Notes: generated by a model from the sequence alone, not told the origin. DNA of 64,000 nt from Candidatus Krumholzibacteriia bacterium (GCA_963836185.1 CAWIIQ010000002.1:224001-288000); one strand, 5' to 3'. Positions 53,122-63,986 are shown, numbered from the stretch's first letter. Numbers and translations: made by a program.

Positions 53122-55503
53122 TTGCTGAAAGGCACCATCCAGATCACAGAGAGTGACGACTCCCGCGTGGCGGAGCTGCTGAAGGAGCACGGTTTCAACC
53201 TGACCATAAGCGAGGCGAGGCGCGTCGTCGATCTGCTAGGCCGTGATCCTACTGCCGTCGAGCTTACGATCTTCAACACGATGTGGAGCGAGCACTGCAG
53301 CTATAAGAGCAGCAGGAAGCTCCTCGGTGAACTACTGCCGACAAAGGCCCCGAACGTAGTGATGGGCCCCGGCGAGGATGCCGGCGTGTTCAGGTTCGCC
53401 AAGGCGGAGAACGGCGACTGGCACTGCCTCGTGATAGCGCACGAGAGTCACAACCACCCGTCGCAGGTCCTGCCTGTCGAGGGCGCCGCGACCGGGATCG
53501 GCGGGATCGTCCGCGACGTGTACTGCATGGGCGCTGATGTGATCGGCGTGCTCGATCCCCTGAGATTCGGCGATCCGCAGGGGCCGAACGCCCGCCATGT
53601 CATCTCGATCGCCCGAGGCGTAGTCGACGGCATCGCCCAGTACGGCAATCCTCTCGGAGTGCCGAACCTCGGCGGCGACATAGCGTTCGACGCCGGGTTC
53701 GACGAGAACTGCCTCGTCAACGTGGTCGCCCTCGGAACGGTCATGGAATCGCGGGTGCTGAGAAGCCGCGTCCCGAAAGAAGCAGCGACAGAACCCTACA
53801 AGATAATACTGATAGGCAAACCGACCGACGATTCCGGGTTCGGCGGGGCGGCATTCGCATCCGAGGACCTCGTCGAAGGGGAGGAAGCGAACAGGGGCGC
53901 CGTTCAGGTTCCCGACCCCTTCCTCAAGCGGGTGCTAGCGGTGGCGAACAGGAAGGTCCTCGACCTTGCCGAGGAGCGTGGCATCAAGGTCGGGTTCAAG
54001 GACCTCGGCGCTGGCGGCATCGCCTGCGTTACATCCGAGCTCGCCCACGCCGGCGGCTTCGGAGTGAAGATCGACCTCGACCTTGTCAACGTCGCTTCGG
54101 GGGCTCACTATCCTCCGCCGGTCGTTTCGTGCTCTGAGACGCAGGAGCGTTTCGCGCTCGCCGTTCCGGTCGGGTTCGTCGACGAAGTACTGAAGATATA
54201 CAACGAGGATTTCGAGATGCCCCATCTATACCACGGGGCCGGCGCGTTTGTCGTCGCAGATGTGACCAACGACGAGATCTACACGATCATGAGCGGTGGC
54301 GAGAAGGTCTGCGAGACCCCCGTCGAGACGATAACGACTGGCATCGCGTACGACAGGCCGAAGTCGCCGAGGAAGGTCCTCTTCGAGGAACCGGAGTGGC
54401 AGGATGGACGTTCGCTGCGCGACGATTTCCTGAAGATCTTCGGCTCGCCGAACATCGCCTCGAAGAATTTCGTTTTCAAGCATTACGATTCGGAAGTGCA
54501 GGGCAGAGCCGTCATCAGGCCGGGAGAGGCTGACGCGGGCGTGATAGCGCCGGTCGCCGGCAACCCGGTCGGGGTCGCGGTGGCGGTCGACGGCAACCCG
54601 TGGTACGGGATGATCGATCCGTACCAGGGAGGCGCGCTGGCCGTCTGTGAATCGGCCCGAAACGTCGCGACTGTCGGCGGAGTGCCGTCGGCGATCACCG
54701 ACTGCCTCAACTACGGGAACCCTGAGATCGAAGAGGTCTTCTGGGAGTTCTACGAGGGGATCCGCGGAGTAGGCGAAGCCTGCAGCGGTATCGGTCTGCT
54801 CTCGCACGAGGGAAGCCATCCGATACCCGTCGTCTCGGGCAACGTCAGCTTCTACAACCAGGGTGAGAGCGGCAAGGCGATACCGCCGTCGCCGATCATC
54901 TGTACGGTAGGAGTAGTCGAGGATTACTCGAAGAGCCGCTCGATAACATTCAAGGAAGAGGGTAACGAGATATTCCTCATCGGCGAGCCGCTCGACGAGC
55001 TCGGTGGCAGCGAATATTACAGGACGATATACGGCACGCTCGGCGGTAATGTCCCCGAGGCTGATTTCCCCCGCGAGCGTGGACAGATAAGGACGATCCT
55101 CGATCTTCACTCGCACGGCTGGATCAGGTCGTGCCACGACACGGGACAGGGAGGGCTGCTCACGGCGCTCGCCGAGATGGCTATCGGCGGTAACGGCGCC
55201 GGCAGGCTCGGACTGGCCGTCGATATCGACGAGTTCGACGGGACCAGGCTTCCGCCGGAGAAGGTCCTCTTCTCCGAGACGGGATGCTTCGTCATCGAGC
55301 TGCCGCCCGGCAACGAGCGTGAGCTTCTTGCCATATGCGCCCGCAACAGGGTCAAACTGCACAAGCTGGGCACGCTGAAGGCGTCCCCGAAGCTCGAGAT
55401 CGTCGCTGACGGAAAGGCGATCGCTTCGTGGGATCTCGGCGAGCTGGAAGATATATACATGACCGGGTGCCGCTCGATATTCGGCATCGAGAAAGGAGAG
55501 TAA
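53122..55503 (+). CDS. purL: Phosphoribosylformylglycinamidine synthase subunit PurL
   Basis: WSEHCSYKSS, ESHNHPS, GAATGIGGIVRD, DLGAGG, SETQER, VSGNVSFYN. Confidence 0.96.
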   Translation: MLKGTIQITESDDSRVAELLKEHGFNLTISEARRVVDLLGRDPTAVELTIFNTMWSEHCSYKSSRKLLGELLPTKAPNVVMGPGEDAGVFRFAKAENGDWHCLVIAHESHNHPSQVLPVEGAATGIGGIVRDVYCMGADVIGVLDPLRFGDPQGPNARHVISIARGVVDGIAQYGNPLGVPNLGGDIAFDAGFDENCLVNVVALGTVMESRVLRSRVPKEAATEPYKIILIGKPTDDSGFGGAAFASEDLVEGEEANRGAVQVPDPFLKRVLAVANRKVLDLAEERGIKVGFKDLGAGGIACVTSELAHAGGFGVKIDLDLVNVASGAHYPPPVVSCSETQERFALAVPVGFVDEVLKIYNEDFEMPHLYHGAGAFVVADVTNDEIYTIMSGGEKVCETPVETITTGIAYDRPKSPRKVLFEEPEWQDGRSLRDDFLKIFGSPNIASKNFVFKHYDSEVQGRAVIRPGEADAGVIAPVAGNPVGVAVAVDGNPWYGMIDPYQGGALAVCESARNVATVGGVPSAITDCLNYGNPEIEEVFWEFYEGIRGVGEACSGIGLLSHEGSHPIPVVSGNVSFYNQGESGKAIPPSPIICTVGVVEDYSKSRSITFKEEGNEIFLIGEPLDELGGSEYYRTIYGTLGGNVPEADFPRERGQIRTILDLHSHGWIRSCHDTGQGGLLTALAEMAIGGNGAGRLGLAVDIDEFDGTRLPPEKVLFSETGCFVIELPPGNERELLAICARNRVKLHKLGTLKASPKLEIVADGKAIASWDLGELEDIYMTGCRSIFGIEKGE

Positions 55504-56337
55504 GTGGCCAGATCCTTCTCAGGCAAGGTTGCTATAATCCAGTTTCCCGGCGTGAACTGTGAGTACGAGACGGCTGACGCGGTGAGGTCAGTCGGGCTCG
55601 GCGCGGACATTCTGCGCTGGAACGAAGATTCCGCGCTGCTCGACGATGCTATAGGCATGATCGTCCCTGGCGGATTCTCGTACCAGGACAGGATCCGGGC
55701 CGGAGTGGTCTCGGCGAAGGACCATATAATGGACAAGCTCAGCGAGCTTGCCGCGGCCGGGCGTCCTATCATGGGGATCTGCAACGGCGCGCAGGTGCTC
55801 GTCGAGTCGGGATTCATCCCCGGTATCCACTGGGAGAGGGTCGACCTCGCTCTCGCGCCCAACGTGATGGAAGACAGGGACGGTTACTACTGCACCTGGA
55901 CATACCTGCTGCGAGGCGGGACGGACTGCGTATGGACATCGGCGATCGGGAACGAGGAAATCGTTCCCGTGCCGATCGCCCACGCCGAAGGGCGGTTCAC
56001 CACAGACGACAGCGATGTCCTCGATGAGATGAATAAGAACGGGCAGATCGTCCTGCGTTACTGCACGCAGGCGGGAAAGGTAGACCCGTCGTTCCCCGTA
56101 AATCCTAACGGATCGCTCGAGAACATGGCGGGTGTCTGCAACCGCGAGGGAAACGTCCTCGCGATCATGCCGCACCCCGAGAGAGCCTCATGGCTCCGCC
56201 AGGTGCCCGAGGATCTGGGCGGTGGATGGGGGACGAAGAGAAAGAGGGCCGCGGGCGACTCCGGAAAGATGGAGGCGGCCGGCCCGGGACGTGTATTTTT
56301 CGAATCACTGAAGAGATGGAAGGAGGGCGGCGCATGA
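55504..56337 (+). CDS. purQ: FGAM synthase glutaminase subunit
   Basis: QFPGVNCE, PGGFSYQD, GICNGAQVL, PIAHAEG, NPNGS, MPHPER. Confidence 0.96.
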   Translation: MARSFSGKVAIIQFPGVNCEYETADAVRSVGLGADILRWNEDSALLDDAIGMIVPGGFSYQDRIRAGVVSAKDHIMDKLSELAAAGRPIMGICNGAQVLVESGFIPGIHWERVDLALAPNVMEDRDGYYCTWTYLLRGGTDCVWTSAIGNEEIVPVPIAHAEGRFTTDDSDVLDEMNKNGQIVLRYCTQAGKVDPSFPVNPNGSLENMAGVCNREGNVLAIMPHPERASWLRQVPEDLGGGWGTKRKRAAGDSGKMEAAGPGRVFFESLKRWKEGGA

Positions 56338-56927
56338 AGATCGAAGCGAGATTGTGGGTCAGGCTGAAAACAATCGATCTCGTCGCCCAGACAGCGCGGA
56401 TGACGCTGGCAGACAAGATGGGTTTCGCCGATGACCTCTGCGGTATGTTGAGGTACTCGTACTGGGCCATGGAGGCCGAGGGGGAGAGCGCCCGGGTGGT
56501 AAGCGAGGCGATCGACCGTGAGATCCGGATGGACAGCGCGTTCACCAATCAGAACAAGCATCTCTACAGCCTCGTCGTTTCAGGCGGGGACGGGGCCGCT
56601 ACGGGCGACCTCAGTATCGACAGGGATTATCCCCGCGTGGAATGCGGGGGAAGGATATTCGCCTGTGACCTGTTCGTGTCGGAACAGGGAGGCGGGAAGG
56701 ATGAAGGGTACGCGTCGAGGCTCAACGCGAGACTCGACGGCGCTAAAGTCACCGGAATGAAGTCAGGCGAGGTCTGGCGTATCCTCGTAAGGGCGGAAGA
56801 CGCGGAGGAGGCCGCCCGAAAGGTCGAGGAAATGGCGGTGACGAGAACGCGTAAGCACGGACTCCTTCTCAATCCTCATTACCAGGCGTTCGAGTTTTTA
56901 GGTACGGCCGAGATAGACGGCCAGTAA
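56334..56927 (+). CDS. Probable divergent, double-length PurS-like protein
   Basis: Sits between purQ and purF with overlapping start; ends LLLNPHYQ, resembling the PurS LLxNP motif; 197 aa. Confidence 0.55.
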   Translation: MKIEARLWVRLKTIDLVAQTARMTLADKMGFADDLCGMLRYSYWAMEAEGESARVVSEAIDREIRMDSAFTNQNKHLYSLVVSGGDGAATGDLSIDRDYPRVECGGRIFACDLFVSEQGGGKDEGYASRLNARLDGAKVTGMKSGEVWRILVRAEDAEEAARKVEEMAVTRTRKHGLLLNPHYQAFEFLGTAEIDGQ

Positions 56928-56937
56928 GGAGTGCCCC

Positions 56938-58368
56938 TTGGGCCTCAAGGATGAATGCGCTGTATTCGGGATCTACGGCAGCGAGCAGGCGGCCCTGATG
57001 ACCTACCTCGGCCTTTACTCACTCCAGCACAGGGGGCAGGAGAGCTCGGGGATCATCTCGTCCGACGGCGGAAAGCTGTACGAGCACAAGGCTATGGGGC
57101 TTGTCTCCAAGGTATTTGACAAGGAGACGCTCGACAGGCTTACCGGCCACCTGGCGATCGGCCACAACCGGTACTCGACTACCGGCGGCTCCAGCGTCGT
57201 CAACATCCAGCCCTTCATGGTCGACTGCAAGATCGGCAAGATCGCGGTGGCTCATAACGGCAATCTCGTTAACGCGGTCGAGCTGCGTAACGAGATGGAA
57301 GAGGACGGGTCGATCTTCCGCAGCACGATGGACAGCGAGGTGCTGCTCCACCTGATCGCGCGCAGCAAGGCGGAGACGGTCGAGGAGATGGTGATCGAGG
57401 CGCTCCGGCAGGTACGCGGCGCATTCTCGCTCATCTTCATGCTGAAGGACAGGATCATCGCGGCCCGCGACCCTCACAGCTTCAGGCCCCTTTCGCTCGG
57501 CCGCGACGGTGACACCTGGATCGTAGCCTCGGAGAGCTGCGCGTTCGATCTTATAGGCGCGGAGTATGTGAGAGAGATCGAACCGGGCGAGGTCCTTGTC
57601 ATCGACGGGCGAGAGCCGAGGTCGATGAAGTTCGCCGAGCCAGCGAGCAATCTCTCGAGGTGCATCTTCGAATTCATCTACTTCTCGAGGCCCGACAGCA
57701 GGGTGTTCGGCGAGAACGTCGACAAGGTCCGCCGCAAGCTCGGCCGCAAGCTTGCCGAGGAAGCGCCGGCCCCGGCCGATATCGTGATATCGGTGCCCGA
57801 CTCGAGCAACACTATCGCCCTTGGATTCAGCGAGGGCTCGGGGCTCAAGTTTGAACTCGGACTCATCAGGAACCACTATGTAGGACGCACGTTCATCCAG
57901 CCGAGGCAGGACGAGCGCGACTGGGACGTGCGAATCAAGTTCAACCCGGTGCGCGGTATCCTCGAGGGACGCAGCATCGTTGTCGTGGACGACTCGATCG
58001 TCCGCGGCTCGACGATGCGCAAGCTTGTCTCGATGATAAGGGGCGCCGGCGCCGAACAGGTCCATCTCAGGATAGGCTCTCCCGCGATAACGCATTCGTG
58101 TTACTACGGGATCGACACGCCCACGCGCGGAGAGCTCATCGCCTCCTCCCACAACGTCGAAGAGATAAGACAGTACCTCGGAGTGGACAGCCTTCACTAT
58201 CTGTCACGCGAGGGTCTTCTCTCATGTGTCGACGACCCGGAAAACTACTGTACCGCCTGCTTCTGCGGGGACTATCCAGTCGAGCGCAAGGGCAACTACA
58301 GTAAGCACGTCTTCGATGAGAAGACCGGCGGGGTATGGGACCCGGAGGCGAAAGAGAACAAATGCTGA
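56938..58368 (+). CDS. purF: Amidophosphoribosyltransferase
   Basis: DECAVFG, LQHRGQE, GHNRYSTTG, AHNGNL, CIFEFIYFSRPDS, VDDSIVRGST. Confidence 0.97.
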   Translation: MGLKDECAVFGIYGSEQAALMTYLGLYSLQHRGQESSGIISSDGGKLYEHKAMGLVSKVFDKETLDRLTGHLAIGHNRYSTTGGSSVVNIQPFMVDCKIGKIAVAHNGNLVNAVELRNEMEEDGSIFRSTMDSEVLLHLIARSKAETVEEMVIEALRQVRGAFSLIFMLKDRIIAARDPHSFRPLSLGRDGDTWIVASESCAFDLIGAEYVREIEPGEVLVIDGREPRSMKFAEPASNLSRCIFEFIYFSRPDSRVFGENVDKVRRKLGRKLAEEAPAPADIVISVPDSSNTIALGFSEGSGLKFELGLIRNHYVGRTFIQPRQDERDWDVRIKFNPVRGILEGRSIVVVDDSIVRGSTMRKLVSMIRGAGAEQVHLRIGSPAITHSCYYGIDTPTRGELIASSHNVEEIRQYLGVDSLHYLSREGLLSCVDDPENYCTACFCGDYPVERKGNYSKHVFDEKTGGVWDPEAKENKC

Positions 58369-59756
58369 GAAGACCGTCTTTCTCCGACATAAACGACGTG
58401 CTCGAGTCTTCCGTCTCGAAAGGGGCCGGGTTTGCCGAGCTCTTCTTCGAGTCTACCGGTGTGCGTTCGATAGAATGTGTCGACGGCCGCGTCGAGCGGA
58501 TATCGAGCGGAACGGACACCGGCTTCGGCCTCAGGCTTATCTCAGGCGACACGGCCGCGTACGGATTCTCGAGCATCCTCACGAGAGATGAGATGATGCG
58601 GGTCTCAGGCGCGGTGCTGAACGATCTCGGCTCCGGTGATGGAGGCCGGTTCACGGCGCCGGCCGATCCTGGAGGGCCGGGGGATGCCGGCGCGGATGAT
58701 CTTTCCGGCGATGGGGCTCTCGAAGCGAAGGCCAGCCTGGTCCGCGCCGCCGACAGGGCGGCAAGGTCGGCGGGCGCCGAGATCACACAGGTCAAGGTCC
58801 GCTACGGGGACAGCCTCAGGCGGATATCCGTATTCAACAGCGAAGGCGTTTCAGCGGAGGATGCGAGGCCGCAGGTGGTCATGAGCATCAGGGCGATCTC
58901 GTCGGACGGGAATATCCTCCAGACCGGGATCAGGTCGACAGGCGGCCAGTACGGGCTCGACACCCTTTGTGCGCCAAAGGTGGAAGAACTGGCGCACGAG
59001 GCTGGAGAGAGCGCTATAAGGATGCTGCACGCACCCCACGCTCCCGCCGGCAGGATGACCGTCGTGCTTTCGGGACAGGCCGGCGGAACGATGATCCATG
59101 AGGCTATCGGGCACGGACTAGAGGGCGACGCTGTCTTCAAGGGCCTTTCGATATACAGCGGCAGACTCGGAGAGAAGATCGCCTCGGAGCTTGTCAGCGT
59201 CATAGATGACGCGACACTCGACGGGAAGAGAGGCTCGTACCGGGTCGACGACGAGGGGACTCCGTCCGGGAGGACCGTCGCCGTGGAGAACGGAGTGCTG
59301 AAAGGGTTCCTTCTCGACCGCAGGTCGGCAATGAAGCTGTCGATGGAGCCCACGGGGAACGGCCGCCGTGAGAATTTCCGCTACAGGCCGATCGTGCGGA
59401 TGAGCAACACGATGATCGGGCCCGGCGAGCATGATCCGGAAGAGATCATAGCGAGCGTGGAGCGCGGGCTCTTCGTCGTCCGCATGGGGGGCGGACAGGT
59501 CGATACATCGAGCGGCGACTTTGTCTTCAAGGTAAGCGAGGCCTGGATGATCGAAGAGGGCAGGATCGCAGGTCCGGTCCGCGGCGCGACGCTGATCGGC
59601 AACGGTCCCGCCGTTCTCGAGCAGATAGACATGGTCGGCAACGATCCCGGCTTCGACATAGGCACATGCGGCAAGGACGGGCAGCACGTTCCCGTCTCTG
59701 ACGCGCAGCCTACGATCCGGATACCGGCGATCACGGTGGGAGGAGAGGTCGGCTGA
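58362..59756 (+). CDS. tldD: TldD/PmbA family metalloprotease (TldD type)
   Basis: HEAIGHGLEGD, DDEG, TGNGRRE, RMSNT, GGQVD, CGKDGQ. Confidence 0.9.
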   Translation: MLRRPSFSDINDVLESSVSKGAGFAELFFESTGVRSIECVDGRVERISSGTDTGFGLRLISGDTAAYGFSSILTRDEMMRVSGAVLNDLGSGDGGRFTAPADPGGPGDAGADDLSGDGALEAKASLVRAADRAARSAGAEITQVKVRYGDSLRRISVFNSEGVSAEDARPQVVMSIRAISSDGNILQTGIRSTGGQYGLDTLCAPKVEELAHEAGESAIRMLHAPHAPAGRMTVVLSGQAGGTMIHEAIGHGLEGDAVFKGLSIYSGRLGEKIASELVSVIDDATLDGKRGSYRVDDEGTPSGRTVAVENGVLKGFLLDRRSAMKLSMEPTGNGRRENFRYRPIVRMSNTMIGPGEHDPEEIIASVERGLFVVRMGGGQVDTSSGDFVFKVSEAWMIEEGRIAGPVRGATLIGNGPAVLEQIDMVGNDPGFDIGTCGKDGQHVPVSDAQPTIRIPAITVGGEVG

Positions 59757-62368
59757 TGAGCGGCTCACTGTCATACGGCTGCGACGCGTACTACGACGGG
59801 ATACTTCCCCGCGTGGAGAAGCCGTCGCGGTATATAGACCGCGAGCTCAACCTTTCCTCAAAGGGATTCCTCGAAGAGGGCTATAACGTCCTGCTCGTCT
59901 TTCCCGACGTCTACGAGATCGGGATGTCGCACCAGGGGCTCAGATTCCTCTACCATGCGCTGAGCAGAGACGAGGGGGTCGGTGTCGAGTTCGCCTTCGC
60001 CCCGTGGCCCGACATGGAAGAGGGGATAAGGGAGGCAGGCGAGCAGCTCAGGTCGTGGCAGACAGGGACGCCCGCGTCGCGGTTCGATATGATCGGCATC
60101 ACACTTCCCTATGAGCTTCACTACACGAACGCCCTTTCGATAATGGACCTCGCGGGGCTCCCCGTGACGGCGGCCGAAAGAGAAGACAGCCACCCCCTCG
60201 TAGTGGCCGGCGGGCCGTGCGTCTCCAATCCACTCCCCGTTATCGGCGCATTCGACGCCTTTTTTATCGGCGACGGCGAGGAATCGCTCGTCGAGGCGGT
60301 AGGCGCCCTGAAAGCCGCCGGCCGAGGCGCCGCGAGAAGACAGAGACTCGAGATACTTGCCGGCATCGACGGCGTCTATGTCGACGGCATCAGCGAGACT
60401 GTATCAGCGAGGACCTACCTGCTCGGGCCGGAGAACCTGCCGACTGCCCCGATCGTTCCCTCCGGCCAGGTCGTGCACGACAGGCTGGCCGTAGAGGTGA
60501 TGAGGGGATGCACCCGCGGTTGCAGATTCTGCCACGCGGGGATGACCTACAGGCCGAGAAGGGAACGCAAAGTCGGCGATATCGTCCGTGCCGTCGCGGA
60601 AGGGCTCGACAATACGGGATGGGAGGAGGTTTCGCTCCTCTCACTGTCGACGTCGGACTACTCGAGGCTCGAGGAGCTTCTCGAGCGGCTCGCCCCGGAG
60701 CTCTCGAAGCGCCACGTCTCTCTGGCCCTTCCGAGCCTCAGGCCGGAGACTGTGACCGACAGGATAATAGAGGCGACTGCAGCAGTCAGGAAATCGGGAT
60801 TCACGATCGCCCCCGAGGCGGGCACCGAACGTCTGCGCGCGGCGATCAATAAGGATATGAGCGATGAGGATATCCTCGATGGATGCGCGAGGATACTCGA
60901 AGCCGGCTGGCAAAACCTGAAGCTCTACTTCATGATCGGCCTGCCGACAGAGACGGACGAGGATCTCGACGGGATAGTGACGCTGATCGAGCGGATCATG
61001 GGGATGCGAGCGGCGAAGGGACGGTTCAGGCTCGGAGTTACGATCTCGCCCTACGTGCCCAAGGCCCACACCCCCTTCCAGTGGGAGAGGCAGTGCTCCA
61101 TGGATGAGATCGCCGAGAAGGAGAAGTATCTCTCCCGCCGCATAAGGAACAGGAAGGTCGATCTGGGGCTTCGCGAGCCTCGCGTCAGCGCCCTCGAGGG
61201 TGTGCTGGCCAGGGGCGGCCGTGAGGTATGGCCCATCGTGCTCGATGCCTGGCGGGCGGGATGCCGCTTCGACAGCTGGCGCGATATGCTGAGGTTCGAT
61301 CTCTGGGAAAAGGCTATCGAGAGACACGGTACCAGTATCGACAGACTCCTTGCGGGATTCGACCCCGGCGAGCCGCTGCCGTGGGAGGCGTTCACCGTCA
61401 AGGTGTCGAAGCGTTTCCTCCTTCGCGAGAGGGAGAGGGCCGTCAATTCCGAACCGACGCCCGACTGCCGCAGCGGCACATGTGGAGGATGCGGTGCCTG
61501 CTCTGGCGATGAAGAGAGAAAGGCAGGATTCGCTCCCGCCGACAGCGATGCCGTCTCTCTGGAGGAAGACAGGTATGAGCACGGGACAGAGAACGAGCAA
61601 GAGCAGATAAGGTACCGTTTCAACTACCGGAAAACGGGCAGGGCAAGGTTCCTCTCGCACAGGGAGATAACAAACATCATCACCAGGGCGCTGCGAAGGA
61701 GCGGGCTGCCCCTGAGGTTCAGCGCCGGGTTCCACCCCCACGCGAAGATGTCGCTCGGCCCCGCGCTTGCAGTCGGTACGGCCGGTGAGATGGAGTTCTT
61801 TGACATCGAGTTCACGAGGGACGACGACTTTACCTTCCGCGCGTTCGATGGTCTGATGCCGCCGGGGATCGAGGTAACGGCGAGCGCCGGCCCGTTTAAC
61901 AGGGCAGGGGGAAAGCTCCCCGAAGAATCGGTGATGGAGTACGAGATCGATCCCGGGCCGGCAGTCTGCTTTCCGGGAAAAAAAGCTTCCACGGAAGAAA
62001 ATTTGTCGACGGATGGCGATGTGTGGTATCGTTCCGGCGAACGTTCCGGGGGAGATCCTTTCGCTGAGGCGGCAAGGTACCTCGAGGACAGATGGTCCTC
62101 GCTCTTTTCAGCGGGCACCGAGGTGACCGACCGCAGGGGAAGGCCGAGGTCGCCCCGCGGATGTTCAGTGCGCGGGAACGGAGCGGATAACAGGCTCATC
62201 CTGCGCATAGAGTCCGGTCCGGAGAGTGCTCCGGGACCGGTCGACCTGCTGCGTGCCGTGATGCCGGAGGCGGCTGCCCGGCTCGTAGTGATAAAAAGGA
62301 CAGGAATTTATTACAGGCAGGGTGATTCCCTGCTCGAACCACTGGATTTAATTACAGGAAATATTTGA
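59756..62368 (+). CDS. B12-binding radical SAM protein fused to radical-SAM-linked (DUF2344-type) domain
   Basis: VEKPSRY, FPDVYEIGMSH, RGCTRGCRFC, APEAGTERLR, PKAHTPFQW; C-terminal RFLSHRE..FSAGFHPH; upstream of rne/rng. Confidence 0.9.
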   Translation: MSGSLSYGCDAYYDGILPRVEKPSRYIDRELNLSSKGFLEEGYNVLLVFPDVYEIGMSHQGLRFLYHALSRDEGVGVEFAFAPWPDMEEGIREAGEQLRSWQTGTPASRFDMIGITLPYELHYTNALSIMDLAGLPVTAAEREDSHPLVVAGGPCVSNPLPVIGAFDAFFIGDGEESLVEAVGALKAAGRGAARRQRLEILAGIDGVYVDGISETVSARTYLLGPENLPTAPIVPSGQVVHDRLAVEVMRGCTRGCRFCHAGMTYRPRRERKVGDIVRAVAEGLDNTGWEEVSLLSLSTSDYSRLEELLERLAPELSKRHVSLALPSLRPETVTDRIIEATAAVRKSGFTIAPEAGTERLRAAINKDMSDEDILDGCARILEAGWQNLKLYFMIGLPTETDEDLDGIVTLIERIMGMRAAKGRFRLGVTISPYVPKAHTPFQWERQCSMDEIAEKEKYLSRRIRNRKVDLGLREPRVSALEGVLARGGREVWPIVLDAWRAGCRFDSWRDMLRFDLWEKAIERHGTSIDRLLAGFDPGEPLPWEAFTVKVSKRFLLRERERAVNSEPTPDCRSGTCGGCGACSGDEERKAGFAPADSDAVSLEEDRYEHGTENEQEQIRYRFNYRKTGRARFLSHREITNIITRALRRSGLPLRFSAGFHPHAKMSLGPALAVGTAGEMEFFDIEFTRDDDFTFRAFDGLMPPGIEVTASAGPFNRAGGKLPEESVMEYEIDPGPAVCFPGKKASTEENLSTDGDVWYRSGERSGGDPFAEAARYLEDRWSSLFSAGTEVTDRRGRPRSPRGCSVRGNGADNRLILRIESGPESAPGPVDLLRAVMPEAAARLVVIKRTGIYYRQGDSLLEPLDLITGNI

Positions 62369-62369
62369 A

Positions 62370-63912
62370 ATGGCAAGAATCAAAAAAGAGATAGTGATCA
62401 ACTACACGAACAGGGAGGTTCGGATAGCGATCCTTGAAGACGGGGAACTCGTCGAGTTCCTCATCGAACGCGAGGAGAGCAGGCGGACCGTAGGCGGAAT
62501 ATACATGGGAAAGATCAACGCTGTGATTCCCGGTATACAGGCCGCCTTTGTCGATATCGGGCAGGAGAAGGCGGCATTTCTTCACGTCAGCGACGTGGCC
62601 ACGGGTTCGCTCGATCCCGACCTGATCGACATCGACGAGGATTTCGACTTCCAGAACAGCAGGCGGCGCCGGGAGTATCCGCCGATCGAGAACCTTCTGA
62701 AGAAGGGACAGGACCTGATCGTGCAGATCCGCAAGGAGGCGATCGGCACGAAGGGCCCGAGGATATCTTCCCAGCTCTCGCTCCCCGGAAGGTACGCCGT
62801 GCTGATGCCCAACCTCGACCATATAGGGATCAGCAAGCGGATCGAATCGCGCAAGGAGCGCCACAGGCTAAGGGACATCGTCCGCAAGAACAGGCCGAAG
62901 GGATGCGCCGTCATAGTCCGTACCGCCGGCAAGGGAGTCGATGACGACCAGCTCCGCGATGATATCCGCGGCCTCGAGAAGCGCTGGAAGGAAATCAAAA
63001 AGAAGATAGACAGGGCCGTACCGCCCTGCCTGATACACGAGGATGTCGATATCACAGTCTTCGCCATCCGCGACCTCTTCTCGAAAGACATCAACAGGAT
63101 CGTCATAGACAACGTCGATGAGCGCGACAGGCTGGGGAAGTATCTCAAGTCGTTCGCCCCGGAGCTCGCTTCGAAAGTCCAGCTCTACAAGGAAAAAGCG
63201 CCGATATTCGACTACTACGAGATCGAATCGGAGATCGAGAAGACCCTCGAGAGCAAGATCTGGCTGCGCAAGGGGGGGTACATCGTCATCGAGCATACCG
63301 AGGCGCTCGTCTCGATCGACGTCAACACGGGAAGGTTCACCGGACGCAAGAACCAGGAGGAGACTATCCTCGAGACGAACCTCATCGCCGCGCGCGAGAT
63401 CGGGCGCCAGTTACGGCTGAGGGATATAGGCGGGATCATCGTCGTCGATTTCATCGATATGGAGCGCGAGGAGAACCGCCGCAAGGTCTACAACGAGTTC
63501 CGTAACGCGATCCGCAAGGACCGCTCGAGGGCAAGGGTATCGCAGATCAGCGATCTCGGGTTGATCGAGCTGAGCCGCAAGCGTGTTCGTCCGAGCCTCC
63601 TTCACTATTACAGCGATGAATGCCCGTACTGCGCGGGGAGCGGAAAGATCCTCTCGATAGAATCGATGGCGATGAAGGTCGAGCACTGGCTCAGGCGCAT
63701 CGGCTCGCTCAAGAAGGTGACCGGCCTGCAGTTCAGGGTCAACCCGATGCTCGGGATCTTCCTGCGCGAGAACCGCGAGGAGAACCTCAGGGAGCTCTCC
63801 CAGCTGTACAGATCTCGAGATCGTGCTGATCGACGATCCGAGGATGCATCGCGAGGACTATGAGATATACTCGCTCGACGGGAAGCGGGATCTCAAAGCA
63901 GAGTTCGTTTAG
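62370..63912 (+). CDS. Rne/Rng family ribonuclease, frameshift near 63810
   Basis: S1 domain (QAAFVDIG), IDVNTG, LRDIGGIIVVDFIDM, CPYCAGSG; the C-terminus continues in a shifted frame to TAG at 63912. Confidence 0.93.
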
Positions 63913-63921
63913 AGAGCATCA

Positions 63922-63986
63922 ATCCCGGTTTTACCCTTCCGAATCCGGAGTGAGGACACACGGATTCTTCAGGGTAAAACCGGGAT
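63922..63986. repeat. Long inverted repeat / hairpin
   Basis: Perfect 16-bp arms ATCCCGGTTTTACCCT (63922-63937) / AGGGTAAAACCGGGAT (63971-63986), with an inner GAATCCG/CGGATTC pair. Confidence 0.8.

Noticed and set aside
51355-53190. 611-aa minus-strand ORF (also 30530-32233, 40282-41430, 57019-58197, 60641-61741)
   Set aside because: These are antisense shadows of well-supported genes, expected from GC-rich codon bias, and show no protein motifs.
58362-62368. RiPP cluster (TldD plus radical SAM)
   Set aside because: This rSAM fusion family is commonly found beside rne/rng in housekeeping context, and no precursor peptide is visible.
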